This document shows, one piece after another, positions 19,501 to 27,682 of a stretch of DNA of 64,000 bases. The notes beneath the pieces were generated by a model, which did not search any database, had not been told where the DNA came from, and worked only from the letters and a program-made list of their open reading frames with translations. This stretch comes from Eubacteriales bacterium (GTDB taxonomy: Bacteria > Bacillota > Clostridia > Christensenellales > CAG-138), in contig DAOTGE010000006.1 of the NCBI GenBank assembly GCA_035446965.1, forward strand, positions 728 through 64,727, given 5' to 3'. The first letter of the stretch is position 1. Each line of letters starts with the position of its first letter. The position numbers were made by a program, and so were the translations under genes.

Positions 19501-19894
19501 GCCCGAACAGGCGGAAGCTGCGGACGCGGATGCCATCGCGTGGTTTACAGATTCTTTGCTGGCGCAGCGGATGCGAAAGGCGGAGCGGCTGGAGCGGGAG
19601 CTTTCGTTTTCCTATGCGATTGCGGCAAACGTGCTTTATGGCGAAGAGATCGACACGGACGAACAGGTCCTCCTGCAGGGCGTGATGGACGTATGTTTCC
19701 TCGAAGCCGGCGGCTGGACGATTGCGGACTACAAGACCGACCGCGTCCGGCCGGGCGAAACCGCCGAAGCGGCGGCGAGCCGTCACGCGCGCCAGCTCAG
19801 GCTGTATGCAGCCGCGCTGGAGGCGCTGAGCGGGAAGACGGTTGTGCAGACGCTGGTCGTGCTGCTGTCTCATCGGGAAATCGTTGCGGTATAG
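16508..19894 (+). CDS. addA: ATP-dependent helicase/nuclease subunit A
   Basis: WTDEQ, SAAAGAGKTAVLTER, TFTRAAAAEM, STIHAFC, DEYQD, VGDVKQSIYRFR, NFRS, TIHKSKGLEFP, LYVAMTRA, QGVMD, DYKTD. Confidence 0.96.
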   Translation: MRWTDEQRSAIETGGNLIVSAAAGAGKTAVLTERVVSRVLDGTPVENMLVLTFTRAAAAEMKTRIAARLNELAGEQEDVKKTQYLRRQARNVESAYISTIHAFCARVLRRHYHAVGLPAQSRTADDMESAALIERVRDEVLTALSVSEDEDYKTLLAAFGGEDPAWSAVMQTYRFTRAQPDPDGWLDAASARYGDEQALMRLLGDAVAFAGRELSLALEPVAAERDALPPQWDKAITALDDDLTRCRALLLCKTYDEYREALNSVEFSRMTFPRGTADAEKKPVQAARQAEKDLIKVQLRRFSRPQHAELTILRRSGEAVRALVAVVKQFETAYAAAKREAGLQDYDDLEHFTLEALSHEAIAKEYRERFEWIAMDEYQDSNRVQEEIVKRITRGDNLFFVGDVKQSIYRFRQAEPKLFLEKLAFFSGERGTRIDLTSNFRSSGEVLSAVNEVFSAILNEDSGGIEYDERAKLACGANPPEGSAELHLVRRGLAETEEGEDPLEDAADLEIEARLIAGRIREIIEKESYFDPKTGQARAYRYSDFAVLLRTGAGAQTVAQTLAQSSVPSYAQSGGGYFDAVEVQIFRNLLRVIDNRRQDVPLISVLCSSIGNFTYEELARVRAAHRAGSFFEAFAACAEQDETALGTRAKRFFETLARYREESRLVSVEELVGKLLDETGFYEEMGAGVNGMQRQANLNALLDKAHAFEQTGSRGVWSFLRQIDLAENNASVGAAQTLAADVVRILTIHKSKGLEFPVVFVAGLGKRFNTEDMRKSVLLHADGGIALRFIDREENGARVKRDTVVRRTLAERVKTEQLGEEMRVLYVAMTRAKRKLILTACVDKPEEKLALAPERPKAWQVLKCSGMAQWLLMGNHHFLTRKVHERETWLAGEKKEVLPELPPPDPVTLAAVRERLGWEYAFTGAVQLGAKAAVSRIGKDENEPPVFSEPAFLGKKKSAVFTGTATHAAMQYLPLEKAMDKEEIGVYLQRLAQTGKITPEQAEAADADAIAWFTDSLLAQRMRKAERLERELSFSYAIAANVLYGEEIDTDEQVLLQGVMDVCFLEAGGWTIADYKTDRVRPGETAEAAASRHARQLRLYAAALEALSGKTVVQTLVVLLSHREIVAV

Positions 19895-19974
19895 CACAAA
19901 AGCGCTTGCAAAGCAAAAAAGAACGTGCTACGATAACGGAGAAATCGGGAACGCGTTTCCCGAAACAACACAAT

Positions 19975-20115
19975 AGCTTCGGGGCGGGGTGCAATTCCCC
20001 ACCGGCGGTGAAGCGGCAGTGCCGACAAGCCCGCGCGTCAGAACGACTGAGACGGTTGGAATCCGTCGCCGACGGTAGACCGGTCGAAAGACCGGAAAGT
20101 CCGGATGAAAGAAGC
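19975..20115 (+). ncRNA. FMN riboswitch (RFN element)
   Basis: CTTCGGGGCGGGGTGCAATTCCCCACCGGCGGT...AAGCCCGCG...GCCGACGGT...AAAGTCCGGATGAAAGAAG. Preceded by TTGCAA-N17-TACGAT (19906-19934) and followed by the terminator ACCCCGCAG-tttt-CTGTGGGGTTTTTT. Confidence 0.93.
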
Positions 20116-20187
20116 AAAATGCCGCGCGAAACGGTATGCATTCACCCCGCAGTTTTCTGTGGGGTTTTTTGTACGGAGGAAATTTTC

Positions 20188-20802
20188 ATGAAGCAAAAAA
20201 GCACCGTGGACCGTCTCGTGAAGCTCGGCATGCTGACCGCGCTTTCGGTTATCCTCGTGTATGCCGTCCATTTTCCAATTTTTCCCGCGGCGTCGTTTTT
20301 GGAATACGACATGGCGGACGTGCCGATTCTGATCGGGACGTTCCTGTACGGCCCCTGGTGGGGGCTCGGGCTGACCGCGGTGGTCAGCCTTCTGCAGTGG
20401 CTGCTGGTTTCGCCGCAGAGCATGTGGGTCGGCGCGCTGATGCACTTCTGCGCGACCGGTTCCTATGTGATTGCGGCGGGGCTGATCTATCAAAAACACC
20501 GTTCGCTCAAGGGCGCGATCATCGGCATGGCGGTCGGCTCACTGCTGCAGACGGCGATGATGGTGCCGATGAATTTGATTTTTACGGTGTATTTTTACGG
20601 CGTACCGAAAGACACGGTCGTCGCGTTGCTTCCGACGGCGATCATTCCGTTCAACGCGATCAAGACCGTGGCGAACTCGCTGATTACGTTTCTGCTCTAT
20701 AAGCGCGTGGAAAAACTGCTTCGCTTCGATTTGATCAAGCCAACCGCAAAGCATCCTAAGCCGGCAGAAACCGGGAACGCAGAAAAGAACCAGGACGGTT
20801 AA
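20188..20802 (+). CDS. ribU: ECF transporter S component, probable riboflavin transporter
   Basis: FPIFPAASFLEYDMADVPILIGTFLYGP motif, multi-TM, IIPFNAIK; located under an FMN riboswitch. Confidence 0.88.
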   Translation: MKQKSTVDRLVKLGMLTALSVILVYAVHFPIFPAASFLEYDMADVPILIGTFLYGPWWGLGLTAVVSLLQWLLVSPQSMWVGALMHFCATGSYVIAAGLIYQKHRSLKGAIIGMAVGSLLQTAMMVPMNLIFTVYFYGVPKDTVVALLPTAIIPFNAIKTVANSLITFLLYKRVEKLLRFDLIKPTAKHPKPAETGNAEKNQDG

Positions 20803-20840
20803 TAGATAGAAATATATTGTTGCAAACAGCCCTAAAAGGG

Positions 20841-20890
20841 TTGACGGGATTCATTAACTGGTTTATTATAATAACAGTAATTGTTATTGT
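20841..20890 (+). promoter_or_regulatory. Sigma-A promoter with overlapping AT-rich inverted repeat (candidate PerR/Fur operator)
   Basis: TTGACG-N17-TATTAT (20841-20869), overlapped by AATAACA-gtaat-TGTTATT (imperfect palindrome 20868-20890). Confidence 0.6.
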
Positions 20891-20929
20891 AAAAGAGCAA
20901 ATAATAAGAAATGTTTTGGAGTGAAACGC

Positions 20930-21328
20930 ATGCGGTATTCGCATCAACGAGAAAAGATTTATCGAGCGGTGGCGGAAAGCGACGCGCATCCAACTGCGAT
21001 CATGGTGTACGATGCGCTGAAGACCGAAATGCCGAAGCTCAGCCTTGGCACGGTCTATCGCAATCTGAATCAGCTTGCTGACGCCGGGAGGCTGAAAAAA
21101 ATTCCGCTGGCCGACGGAAGCTGCCGGTTTGACAAAACGACGGTCCCGCATTCGCACATTGTATGCGAGGAGTGCGGATGTGTTGCGGATGTTGAACTGC
21201 CGGCGATGGAGCAGATGCGCCGGGCGGTCGAAGACCAGACCGGCTATTCGCTGCGCTCCTACGACGTTGTTTTACGCGGGCTTTGCAAAAACTGCCAGAA
21301 GGCGGTTGCGGGCAGGTCGCTGCTGTAA
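20930..21328 (+). CDS. perR: Fur-family repressor, PerR-like
   Basis: [30 protein letters not shown] and CKNC Zn motifs; upstream of rubrerythrin. Confidence 0.85.
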   Translation: MRYSHQREKIYRAVAESDAHPTAIMVYDALKTEMPKLSLGTVYRNLNQLADAGRLKKIPLADGSCRFDKTTVPHSHIVCEECGCVADVELPAMEQMRRAVEDQTGYSLRSYDVVLRGLCKNCQKAVAGRSLL

Positions 21329-21417
21329 AGCGGGGGACGGCCGGGCGGTCGGGCGTTCCGGACATGGAAGAGAAGACGCTTTTCAAAATATGCAATAAAC
21401 AGGAGGGTGAAAAAGTT

Positions 21418-21957
21418 ATGGAACTCAAAGGAAGCAAAACCGAACGGAATCTGATGGAAGCGTTCGCGGGGGAATCCCAGGCGCGCAACAAGTACACGTA
21501 TTTTGCATCGGTTGCAAAGAAGGCGGGATTTGAGCAGATCTCGGCGATTTTTGCCGAGACGGCGGATAACGAAAAAGAGCATGCAAAACTTTGGTTCAAG
21601 GCGCTGCAGGGCGGTGAAATGCCCGACCTCAAAACCGCGCTTGTGATGGCGGCGGACGGCGAGCATTATGAATGGACGGACATGTACGCCCGTTTTGCCG
21701 AGGAAGCGAAGGAAGAAGGGTTTGACAAGCTCGCGTATCAGTTTGCGGCGGTCGCCCAGATCGAAAAGGGACACGAAGAGCGTTACCGCAAGCTCCGCGA
21801 GAACCTCGAAGACGGCATCGTTTACGAACGTGACGGCAAGGTTTTCTGGCAGTGCCGCAACTGCGGATACGTTTACGAAGGCACCAAAGCACCTGAAGTG
21901 TGCCCGGTTTGCGCACATCCCAAGGCGTTCTTTGAAATCCGCAAGATCAACTACTAA
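21418..21957 (+). CDS. rbr: Rubrerythrin
   Basis: [43 protein letters not shown]-terminal WQCRNCG...CPVCAHP. Confidence 0.96.
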   Translation: MELKGSKTERNLMEAFAGESQARNKYTYFASVAKKAGFEQISAIFAETADNEKEHAKLWFKALQGGEMPDLKTALVMAADGEHYEWTDMYARFAEEAKEEGFDKLAYQFAAVAQIEKGHEERYRKLRENLEDGIVYERDGKVFWQCRNCGYVYEGTKAPEVCPVCAHPKAFFEIRKINY

Positions 21958-21974
21958 TCGAAGCATCCAGCGAC

Positions 21975-22004
21975 AGGGACCGCGGCGTACTCGCCGCGGT
22001 CCTT
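21975..22004 (+). terminator. rbr terminator
   Basis: AGGGACCGCGGCG-TACT-CGCCGCGGTCCTT. Confidence 0.75.
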
Positions 22005-22101
22005 TGGCGATTTGCATAAAAAACAGATTGTGTGCAGGTTGCTCACCAACATACGGGGAATCTATGGTATTCTGATAACATCAAATCAGGAGGTCGAAGA
22101 A

Positions 22102-22380
22102 ATGGGATTGTTCGATAAAAAAAGCACATCGGTCTGGGAGTTCGAAGAGAGATTAAAGCGGGACCCGAAATTCATGCTGGACGTTTTGCATCTCTTCGAC
22201 GGGAATCCGACGCTTGCAACCGTCACAAGCGGTGTAAAAAGGCTTGGATTTAATTTGGAAGCGGACGGCATGATCAAGGCTATCGCGAGCGCGCTGGAAT
22301 ACTATAAGCGTACGTACGGTGACCAGTTTGAAGAAACCACCGGTTCGGGCAGCAAGAGCTTCATGGGCTTCAAACAGTAA
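22102..22380 (+). CDS. Hypothetical protein (92 aa)
   Basis: AGGAGG RBS, host-like codon usage, isolated between terminators; family not recognised. Confidence 0.7.
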   Translation: MGLFDKKSTSVWEFEERLKRDPKFMLDVLHLFDGNPTLATVTSGVKRLGFNLEADGMIKAIASALEYYKRTYGDQFEETTGSGSKSFMGFKQ

Positions 22381-22564
22381 CGCCGCAGAAAGCGCAGGAA
22401 AAAAGATTTACGGGCGAAGCGCGGACGGCAGCAATCTTTCGACACAAAAAACAACGGAACGGAAGCGTTCCGTTGTTTTTTGCTGAAAACCCGCTTCTTA
22501 AAAAACTGTAGACGGAAGTTCACATTCAGTTTTTTGTGATGTTGCAATGCGGGGGCTGGTGTGT

Positions 22565-22593
22565 TTGCATAATAGGTAGAAGTCCGTTATACT
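22565..22593 (+). promoter_or_regulatory. Sigma-A promoter for lon-engB
   Basis: TTGCAT-N17-TATACT. Confidence 0.6.
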
Positions 22594-22650
22594 GGTCATA
22601 CAATCATGGGGGACTCTACATATTGGGGTTCTCGTGTGGAGGTGAAAACA

Positions 22651-25026
22651 ATGGAACTGCATGGAATCGTAACGCTGCCCGTAATCCCGCTTCGGGGAAT
22701 TGCGGTGCTGCCTGGCGAGATTATGCATTGCGATATCGGCCGTAAAAAAACGCTCTCGGCAATGGAGCAGGCGCTCTCCGACGAAGGGTATGCTTTCTTT
22801 GTCGCGCAGAAAAACGCAAAGGTCGTGGACGTAACGCCGGACGATCTGTATTCGGTGGGCACGATCTGCCGCATCCGGCAGGTCTTCCGCATTCAGAACG
22901 ACACGGTACATTTGCTTGTAACCGGCGTTGTGCGTGCGCGCGTGGAGAACATCATTTCTGAAAATCCGCATTACACCGCGCAGGTGCAGGTGCTCGAAGC
23001 CGAAGAGCCGGACGAGGCGACCGTGGAAGCGCTGCGCCGCCGCCTGAGCGAGGGCTTTACCGAGCACGCCAACCAGCGCGACCGCCTGACGCAGGATCAA
23101 AAGGACGCAATTCTCGCGCTGCCGACGCTTGCCGAACTGACGGATGCGATTGCGCAGCAGGTGGTCGGTAAGTTGGAGGACAAGCAAAAGCTGATTGAAA
23201 CCGACGATCTCGTGACCCGATCGGCAACGCTGCTGGGCGTTATCGAAAACGAACTGCTCATCATGCAGGTCGACCGCCGCATCGCGGGTAAAATCAAGGC
23301 TGCGCTTGAGCGCAACCAAAAAGAATTTGTCCTGCGCGAGCAGCTGAAAGCCGTACAGGAAGAGCTTGGCGAGGGCGACGACGAGGTTGTCGAAGGGTAC
23401 CGCGAACGCGCGCTGGTAAAGAAACTGCCGGACGAAGTGCGCGCGGCGCTCGATCGCCAGATCGACCGGTTTGCTTCGCTGCCCGGCGGTTCGCATGAAG
23501 CGCCTATGGCGCAGGCGTATATCGAGCTGATTCTCGATTTGCCGTGGATGGAAGCCACGGAAGACAATCTGGATTTAAAGCACGCGCGCGCCGTGCTGGA
23601 CCGCGATCATTACGGCATGGAACGCGTCAAGTCGCGCATCATCGAAAGCCTGGCCGTGCAGCGGCTGACCAACAATCCGCAGGGACAGATTCTCTGCCTC
23701 GTGGGCCCGCCGGGCGTCGGCAAAACGTCCATCGTCCGCGGGATTGCGGAGGCGATGGGACGTAAATTCGTCCGCATGAGCCTCGGCGGCGTGCACGACG
23801 AAGCGGAAATCCGCGGACACCGGCGCACGTATATCGGCGCGCAGCCCGGCCGTGTGATCGAAGCCGTCCGCAAGGCCGGTTCCATCAACCCGGTACTGCT
23901 TTTCGACGAAATCGACAAGCTTGGCGCGGACGTGCGGGGCGACCCGTCTTCGGCCATGCTGGAGGTGCTCGACAGCGCGCAGAACAATGCGTTTATCGAT
24001 CACTTCCTTGAGCTGCCGTTCGACCTTTCGCGCTGCATGCTCATTACGACCGCCAACGACGCGGGGGCAATCCCGCAGCCGCTGCGCGACCGCATGGAGC
24101 TCATCGAGGTGCCGAGCTATCTTTTTTATGAAAAAGAGGAGATTGCAAAGCGGCATCTGCTTCCCAAGCAGATGGAAAAGAACGGGTTGAAAAAAAGCAA
24201 CCTGCGCGTGTCCGAAGGCGCGCTGCAAACGCTGATCGGCTGCTATACGCGCGAAGCCGGCGTGCGGGAACTCGAACGCGTGCTCGCAAGCGTCTGCCGC
24301 AAGGCCGCCTGCGAAATTGCGGACGGGAAAACGCGTATTACGCTGACCGACGGGCGCATTACGGACTGGCTCGGGCCGCGCAAATTCAGACGGAACGAAC
24401 CGCTCCGGCCGGACACGGTCGGCGTGGTCACGGGGCTTGCCTGGACCAGCGTGGGCGGCGAAACGCTGGAGGTGGAAGCCGCGGCGGTGCCCGGCAAGGG
24501 CGTCTTGCAGCTCACCGGCCATCTGGGCGACGTGATGCAGGAGTCCGCCAAGGCGGCCATGACGTATGTGCGTGCCAACGCGAACCGCTTCGGCATCGAT
24601 CCGAGTTTCCTCGAAACGCTGGACGTGCACATCCATGTGCCCGAGGGCGCCGTTCCCAAGGACGGACCGTCCGCAGGCGTATCGATGGCGACGGCGCTGG
24701 TTTCCGCGCTGACCGGAATTCCCGTTAAGAGTTCCGTTGCGATGACCGGCGAAGTTACGCTGCGCGGGCGCGTCCTGCCGATCGGCGGTCTGCGTGAAAA
24801 GCTGCTTGCTGCGGTACGCGCGGGTATCGAGCGCGTGGTACTGCCAAAAGACAACCGCGAAGACCTCTATGACGTTCCGGCGGAAGTAAAGGCGGCGCTG
24901 AAGATCGACTTTGCGGAAACGGTGGACGAGGTGCTCGGCGTTGCGCTGACGATGCACCCGCACGGCACGGAACCGCTGATCAATTTACCGGGAATGGATA
25001 TGACGCATGAAGCCGTTCGCCATTAA
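22651..25026 (+). CDS. lon: Lon protease
   Basis: LPVIPLRG N-domain, LCLVGPPGVGKTS, GGVHDEAEIRGHRRTYIGA, DEIDK, HIHVPEGAVPKDGPSAG (Ser), GGLREK (Lys). Confidence 0.98.
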   Translation: MELHGIVTLPVIPLRGIAVLPGEIMHCDIGRKKTLSAMEQALSDEGYAFFVAQKNAKVVDVTPDDLYSVGTICRIRQVFRIQNDTVHLLVTGVVRARVENIISENPHYTAQVQVLEAEEPDEATVEALRRRLSEGFTEHANQRDRLTQDQKDAILALPTLAELTDAIAQQVVGKLEDKQKLIETDDLVTRSATLLGVIENELLIMQVDRRIAGKIKAALERNQKEFVLREQLKAVQEELGEGDDEVVEGYRERALVKKLPDEVRAALDRQIDRFASLPGGSHEAPMAQAYIELILDLPWMEATEDNLDLKHARAVLDRDHYGMERVKSRIIESLAVQRLTNNPQGQILCLVGPPGVGKTSIVRGIAEAMGRKFVRMSLGGVHDEAEIRGHRRTYIGAQPGRVIEAVRKAGSINPVLLFDEIDKLGADVRGDPSSAMLEVLDSAQNNAFIDHFLELPFDLSRCMLITTANDAGAIPQPLRDRMELIEVPSYLFYEKEEIAKRHLLPKQMEKNGLKKSNLRVSEGALQTLIGCYTREAGVRELERVLASVCRKAACEIADGKTRITLTDGRITDWLGPRKFRRNEPLRPDTVGVVTGLAWTSVGGETLEVEAAAVPGKGVLQLTGHLGDVMQESAKAAMTYVRANANRFGIDPSFLETLDVHIHVPEGAVPKDGPSAGVSMATALVSALTGIPVKSSVAMTGEVTLRGRVLPIGGLREKLLAAVRAGIERVVLPKDNREDLYDVPAEVKAALKIDFAETVDEVLGVALTMHPHGTEPLINLPGMDMTHEAVRH

Positions 25027-25609
25027 GCAAGCCGAATTTGTCACCAGTGTGGGGCAGGGACAGCAGTACCCTGCCTCGCTTGCGTGCGAAATTGCAATCG
25101 TGGGGCGCAGCAACGTTGGCAAATCAAGCCTCATCAACAGCATCTGCAACAACAAAAAGCTGGCGCGGATTTCCCAAACGCCCGGCAAGACGCGCCTGAT
25201 CAACTACTTTCTGCTCAACAGGGAACTGTATCTGGTCGATTTGCCGGGATACGGCTTTGCAAAAACCGGCAAGGCGGAACAGCGCAGCTGGGGCGAACTG
25301 ATCGGCAGCTATCTCGGCAGCGGGCGGCCGAAGCATCTGCTGCTGCTATTGGACATCCGGCATGCGCCTTCCGTGGAAGACAAGCAGATGTTTGAGTGGG
25401 TGCTTTATTATGGCGTTCCGTTTACGCTGGTTGCGACCAAGTCGGACAAACTGAGCAAGTCCGCCCGCGCGGCGGCCGCCTGTAAGGCTGCCAAACTGCT
25501 CGGTGCGCCGCCGTTTGCCGTACCGTTTTCCGCGGAGAGCAAAGAAGGGCGCGACGAGCTGATTGCCCGCATCGGACAGATTGCCGAAGACTGCGCAAAA
25601 CGGGCATAA
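25007..25609 (+). CDS. engB: Ribosome biogenesis GTPase YihA/YsxC/EngB
   Basis: GRSNVGKSSLIN, ISQTPGKT, VDLPGYG, TKSDK; classic position downstream of lon. Confidence 0.96.
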   Translation: MKPFAIKQAEFVTSVGQGQQYPASLACEIAIVGRSNVGKSSLINSICNNKKLARISQTPGKTRLINYFLLNRELYLVDLPGYGFAKTGKAEQRSWGELIGSYLGSGRPKHLLLLLDIRHAPSVEDKQMFEWVLYYGVPFTLVATKSDKLSKSARAAAACKAAKLLGAPPFAVPFSAESKEGRDELIARIGQIAEDCAKRA

Positions 25610-25664
25610 TCGCTGACAAAAACCGGTTGCAAGACCATCCGGCGCGCCGGAATGAAGGTTTCAC

Positions 25665-25693
25665 TTGACAGGCGAAAAAAACTTCTGCATAAT
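25665..25693 (+). promoter_or_regulatory. Sigma-A promoter for the Zn-finger/phosphoesterase pair
   Basis: TTGACA-N17-CATAAT. Confidence 0.7.
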
Positions 25694-25734
25694 AACCTGC
25701 GTAATGTTTGAAATCAAAGGCAGGACTGAAGGAT

Positions 25735-26064
25735 ATGGCATTGCATAAGTGTCCGAAATGCGAACTGAATTACGTTCGCGACGGGGAAGATTTCTGCGAC
25801 GTTTGCAAGCGCGAAATGAAGCGCGCGCAGGCACGCGGACGGCATGTTGAAGAGAGTTCCGAAGAAGACGAAATCATCATGTGCACCGAATGCGGAGAAG
25901 CGCCCGCCGTGCGCGGCGGCGAGCTTTGCGCGGCGTGCCTCAAGGAGCAGAAGCGGCAGGCGGACCTGGAAAAAACCGCCGATCTGGACGACGAAGATTA
26001 CGATGACGACGATGACGGCGAAGAGATTGAAATAGACGGGGACGACACGTCGGACGAGGAATAA
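25735..26064 (+). CDS. Small double-C4 zinc-finger protein with acidic tail (unknown function)
   Basis: Two CxxC-x11-CxxC modules (CPKC..CDVC and CTEC..CAAC), then a D/E-rich tail. Confidence 0.8.
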   Translation: MALHKCPKCELNYVRDGEDFCDVCKREMKRAQARGRHVEESSEEDEIIMCTECGEAPAVRGGELCAACLKEQKRQADLEKTADLDDEDYDDDDDGEEIEIDGDDTSDEE

Positions 26065-26100
26065 ACGGACCCTCCGGCGGACGGGGAGAGGAGCGAACGG

Positions 26101-26784
26101 ATGCGTATCTACGCCATGGCGGACCTGCACCTTTCGCACTCCAACGAAAAGCCCATGGACGTTTTTGGCGAAGCGTGGCGGGGGCATGCCGAAAAGATCG
26201 AGCACGCCTGGCGCGCCACAGTCGGGCAGGACGACCTTGTGCTCGTTCCCGGAGATATCAGTTGGGCGATGCAGCTCAACGACGCGCTGCCGGACCTTGC
26301 GTATATCGGGCGGCTTCCGGGGCGGAAAATTCTTCTCCGCGGCAATCACGATTACTGGTGGAGCGCCATCGGCCGTGTGCGCGCGGCATTGCCGCAGGGG
26401 ATGCGCGCGCTGCAGAACGACGCGTTCCTAGAAGGAAGCGTCGGTATCTGCGGAAGCCGCGGCTGGCTGACGCCGGGAAGCACGAACTATACGGCGGACG
26501 ATGAAAAGATATACCGGCGCGAAACCGACCGTCTCAAGCTGTCCCTGCGCGCGCTGCCCGACGCGGAGACAAAAATTGCGATGATGCATTATCCGCCGTT
26601 CTGCGAACGGGAACGCGGGTCTGCGTTTACCGAACTCTTCGAGCAGAACGGGATCGACATTGTGGTATACGGCCATCTGCATGGGGACGCAAACCGGTAT
26701 GCGTTTGAGGGCGAGCGAAACGGCGTGATTTATCATTGCGTCGCCGCGGACAAGCTGGATTTTGTCCCCAAACGGATTTATTGA
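26101..26784 (+). CDS. Calcineurin-like metallophosphoesterase
   Basis: ADLHLS, PGDISW, GNHDYWW, MHYPP, YGHLHG. Confidence 0.92.
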   Translation: MRIYAMADLHLSHSNEKPMDVFGEAWRGHAEKIEHAWRATVGQDDLVLVPGDISWAMQLNDALPDLAYIGRLPGRKILLRGNHDYWWSAIGRVRAALPQGMRALQNDAFLEGSVGICGSRGWLTPGSTNYTADDEKIYRRETDRLKLSLRALPDAETKIAMMHYPPFCERERGSAFTELFEQNGIDIVVYGHLHGDANRYAFEGERNGVIYHCVAADKLDFVPKRIY

Positions 26785-26905
26785 ATGACACGGGCCGGGC
26801 GGAACGCCCGGCCCGCTGCAGGGTATCACCGCGGGGTCGCCGCGGTTTTTATTTTGCAAAATCGCGGGCCGGAGCGAAATGAAACCACAAAAAGGGGGTT
26901 GTTCC

Positions 26906-27613
26906 ATGTGTACGAGGTTTGTTTACAACGGCGACGATACGATTACCGGATTCAATTTTGATATCGACCTTGCCGTGTGGGACCATAAACTGCTCTTTGA
27001 TGAAAGCAGGTTTGGCATCGGCATCAAAATGCCGGACGGCGTATATCATATGTTTCACGGCGTGCATGCCGGCGGCAATGCGGGCACGCTGCTGTACGTC
27101 CACGGCAACGAGAAAGCGGCGGTGTGCAGCACACCGGGCTGCGTCGTGATTTCCGATCTTGCAGAGCGCTATGTCAAAAGCGAACTTACGTTTGACGAAG
27201 CGCTTGAGATTGTTCGCAATAGGAAAATCGTTTATGCGCCGGATGCGACGATGCAGGCGATGCTGTCCGACTCAAAGGGACGGGCGCTGATCGTTGAACC
27301 GGGGATCGGCTTCCGCCTGGAGGAAAAACAACGGTATTCGCTGATTACGAATTATTCCCTGCTGAATCCGGCGAGCACGCAGCCTTATATCGTGCCGGGC
27401 GACGACCGATACGAACGTGCTAAGGAATGGCTCGAGCAAGCGGACGACGGCTTTTCCGTGCAGGACGCGTTCGCGCTCCTTTACGAAGTCCGGCAGGAAG
27501 GGCTTTGGGCGACGCGCGTTTCGTTTGTTTTCTCCGCGCGGCAGGACCGCGTGTACTACGCGCTGAACAACGATTTTTCAAATATACGGGAACACAGATT
27601 TGCGATGGCGTAA
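26906..27613 (+). CDS. Ntn-fold linear amide C-N hydrolase (choloylglycine hydrolase-like), short form
   Basis: MCT start giving an N-terminal Cys nucleophile, G-F-N-F-D, HGVHAGG, ITNY, DDRYERA; 235 aa. Confidence 0.7.
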   Translation: MCTRFVYNGDDTITGFNFDIDLAVWDHKLLFDESRFGIGIKMPDGVYHMFHGVHAGGNAGTLLYVHGNEKAAVCSTPGCVVISDLAERYVKSELTFDEALEIVRNRKIVYAPDATMQAMLSDSKGRALIVEPGIGFRLEEKQRYSLITNYSLLNPASTQPYIVPGDDRYERAKEWLEQADDGFSVQDAFALLYEVRQEGLWATRVSFVFSARQDRVYYALNNDFSNIREHRFAMA

Positions 27614-27642
27614 CCGGCGCGTGCAGACCGAACCAAAGATAA

Positions 27643-27672
27643 AACAAGCGCCCGCAGAAACGGGCGCTTGTT
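27643..27672. terminator. Bidirectional terminator between convergent genes
   Basis: Perfect 12-bp stem AACAAGCGCCCG-cagaaa-CGGGCGCTTGTT. Confidence 0.8.
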
Positions 27673-27682
27673 GTCGTTTTAT

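Noticed and set aside
16484-19897. 1137-aa minus-strand ORF
   Set aside because: Antisense shadow of addA caused by GC-rich codon bias; no recognisable motifs. The same applies to the long antisense ORFs over murA, lon, the nucleoside kinase, mnmG, pckA, the GT4 gene and the CotH gene.
19540-20187. Long 5' extension of the ribU ORF
   Set aside because: It overlaps addA and the FMN riboswitch; the real start is ATG 20188 with a GGAGG RBS.
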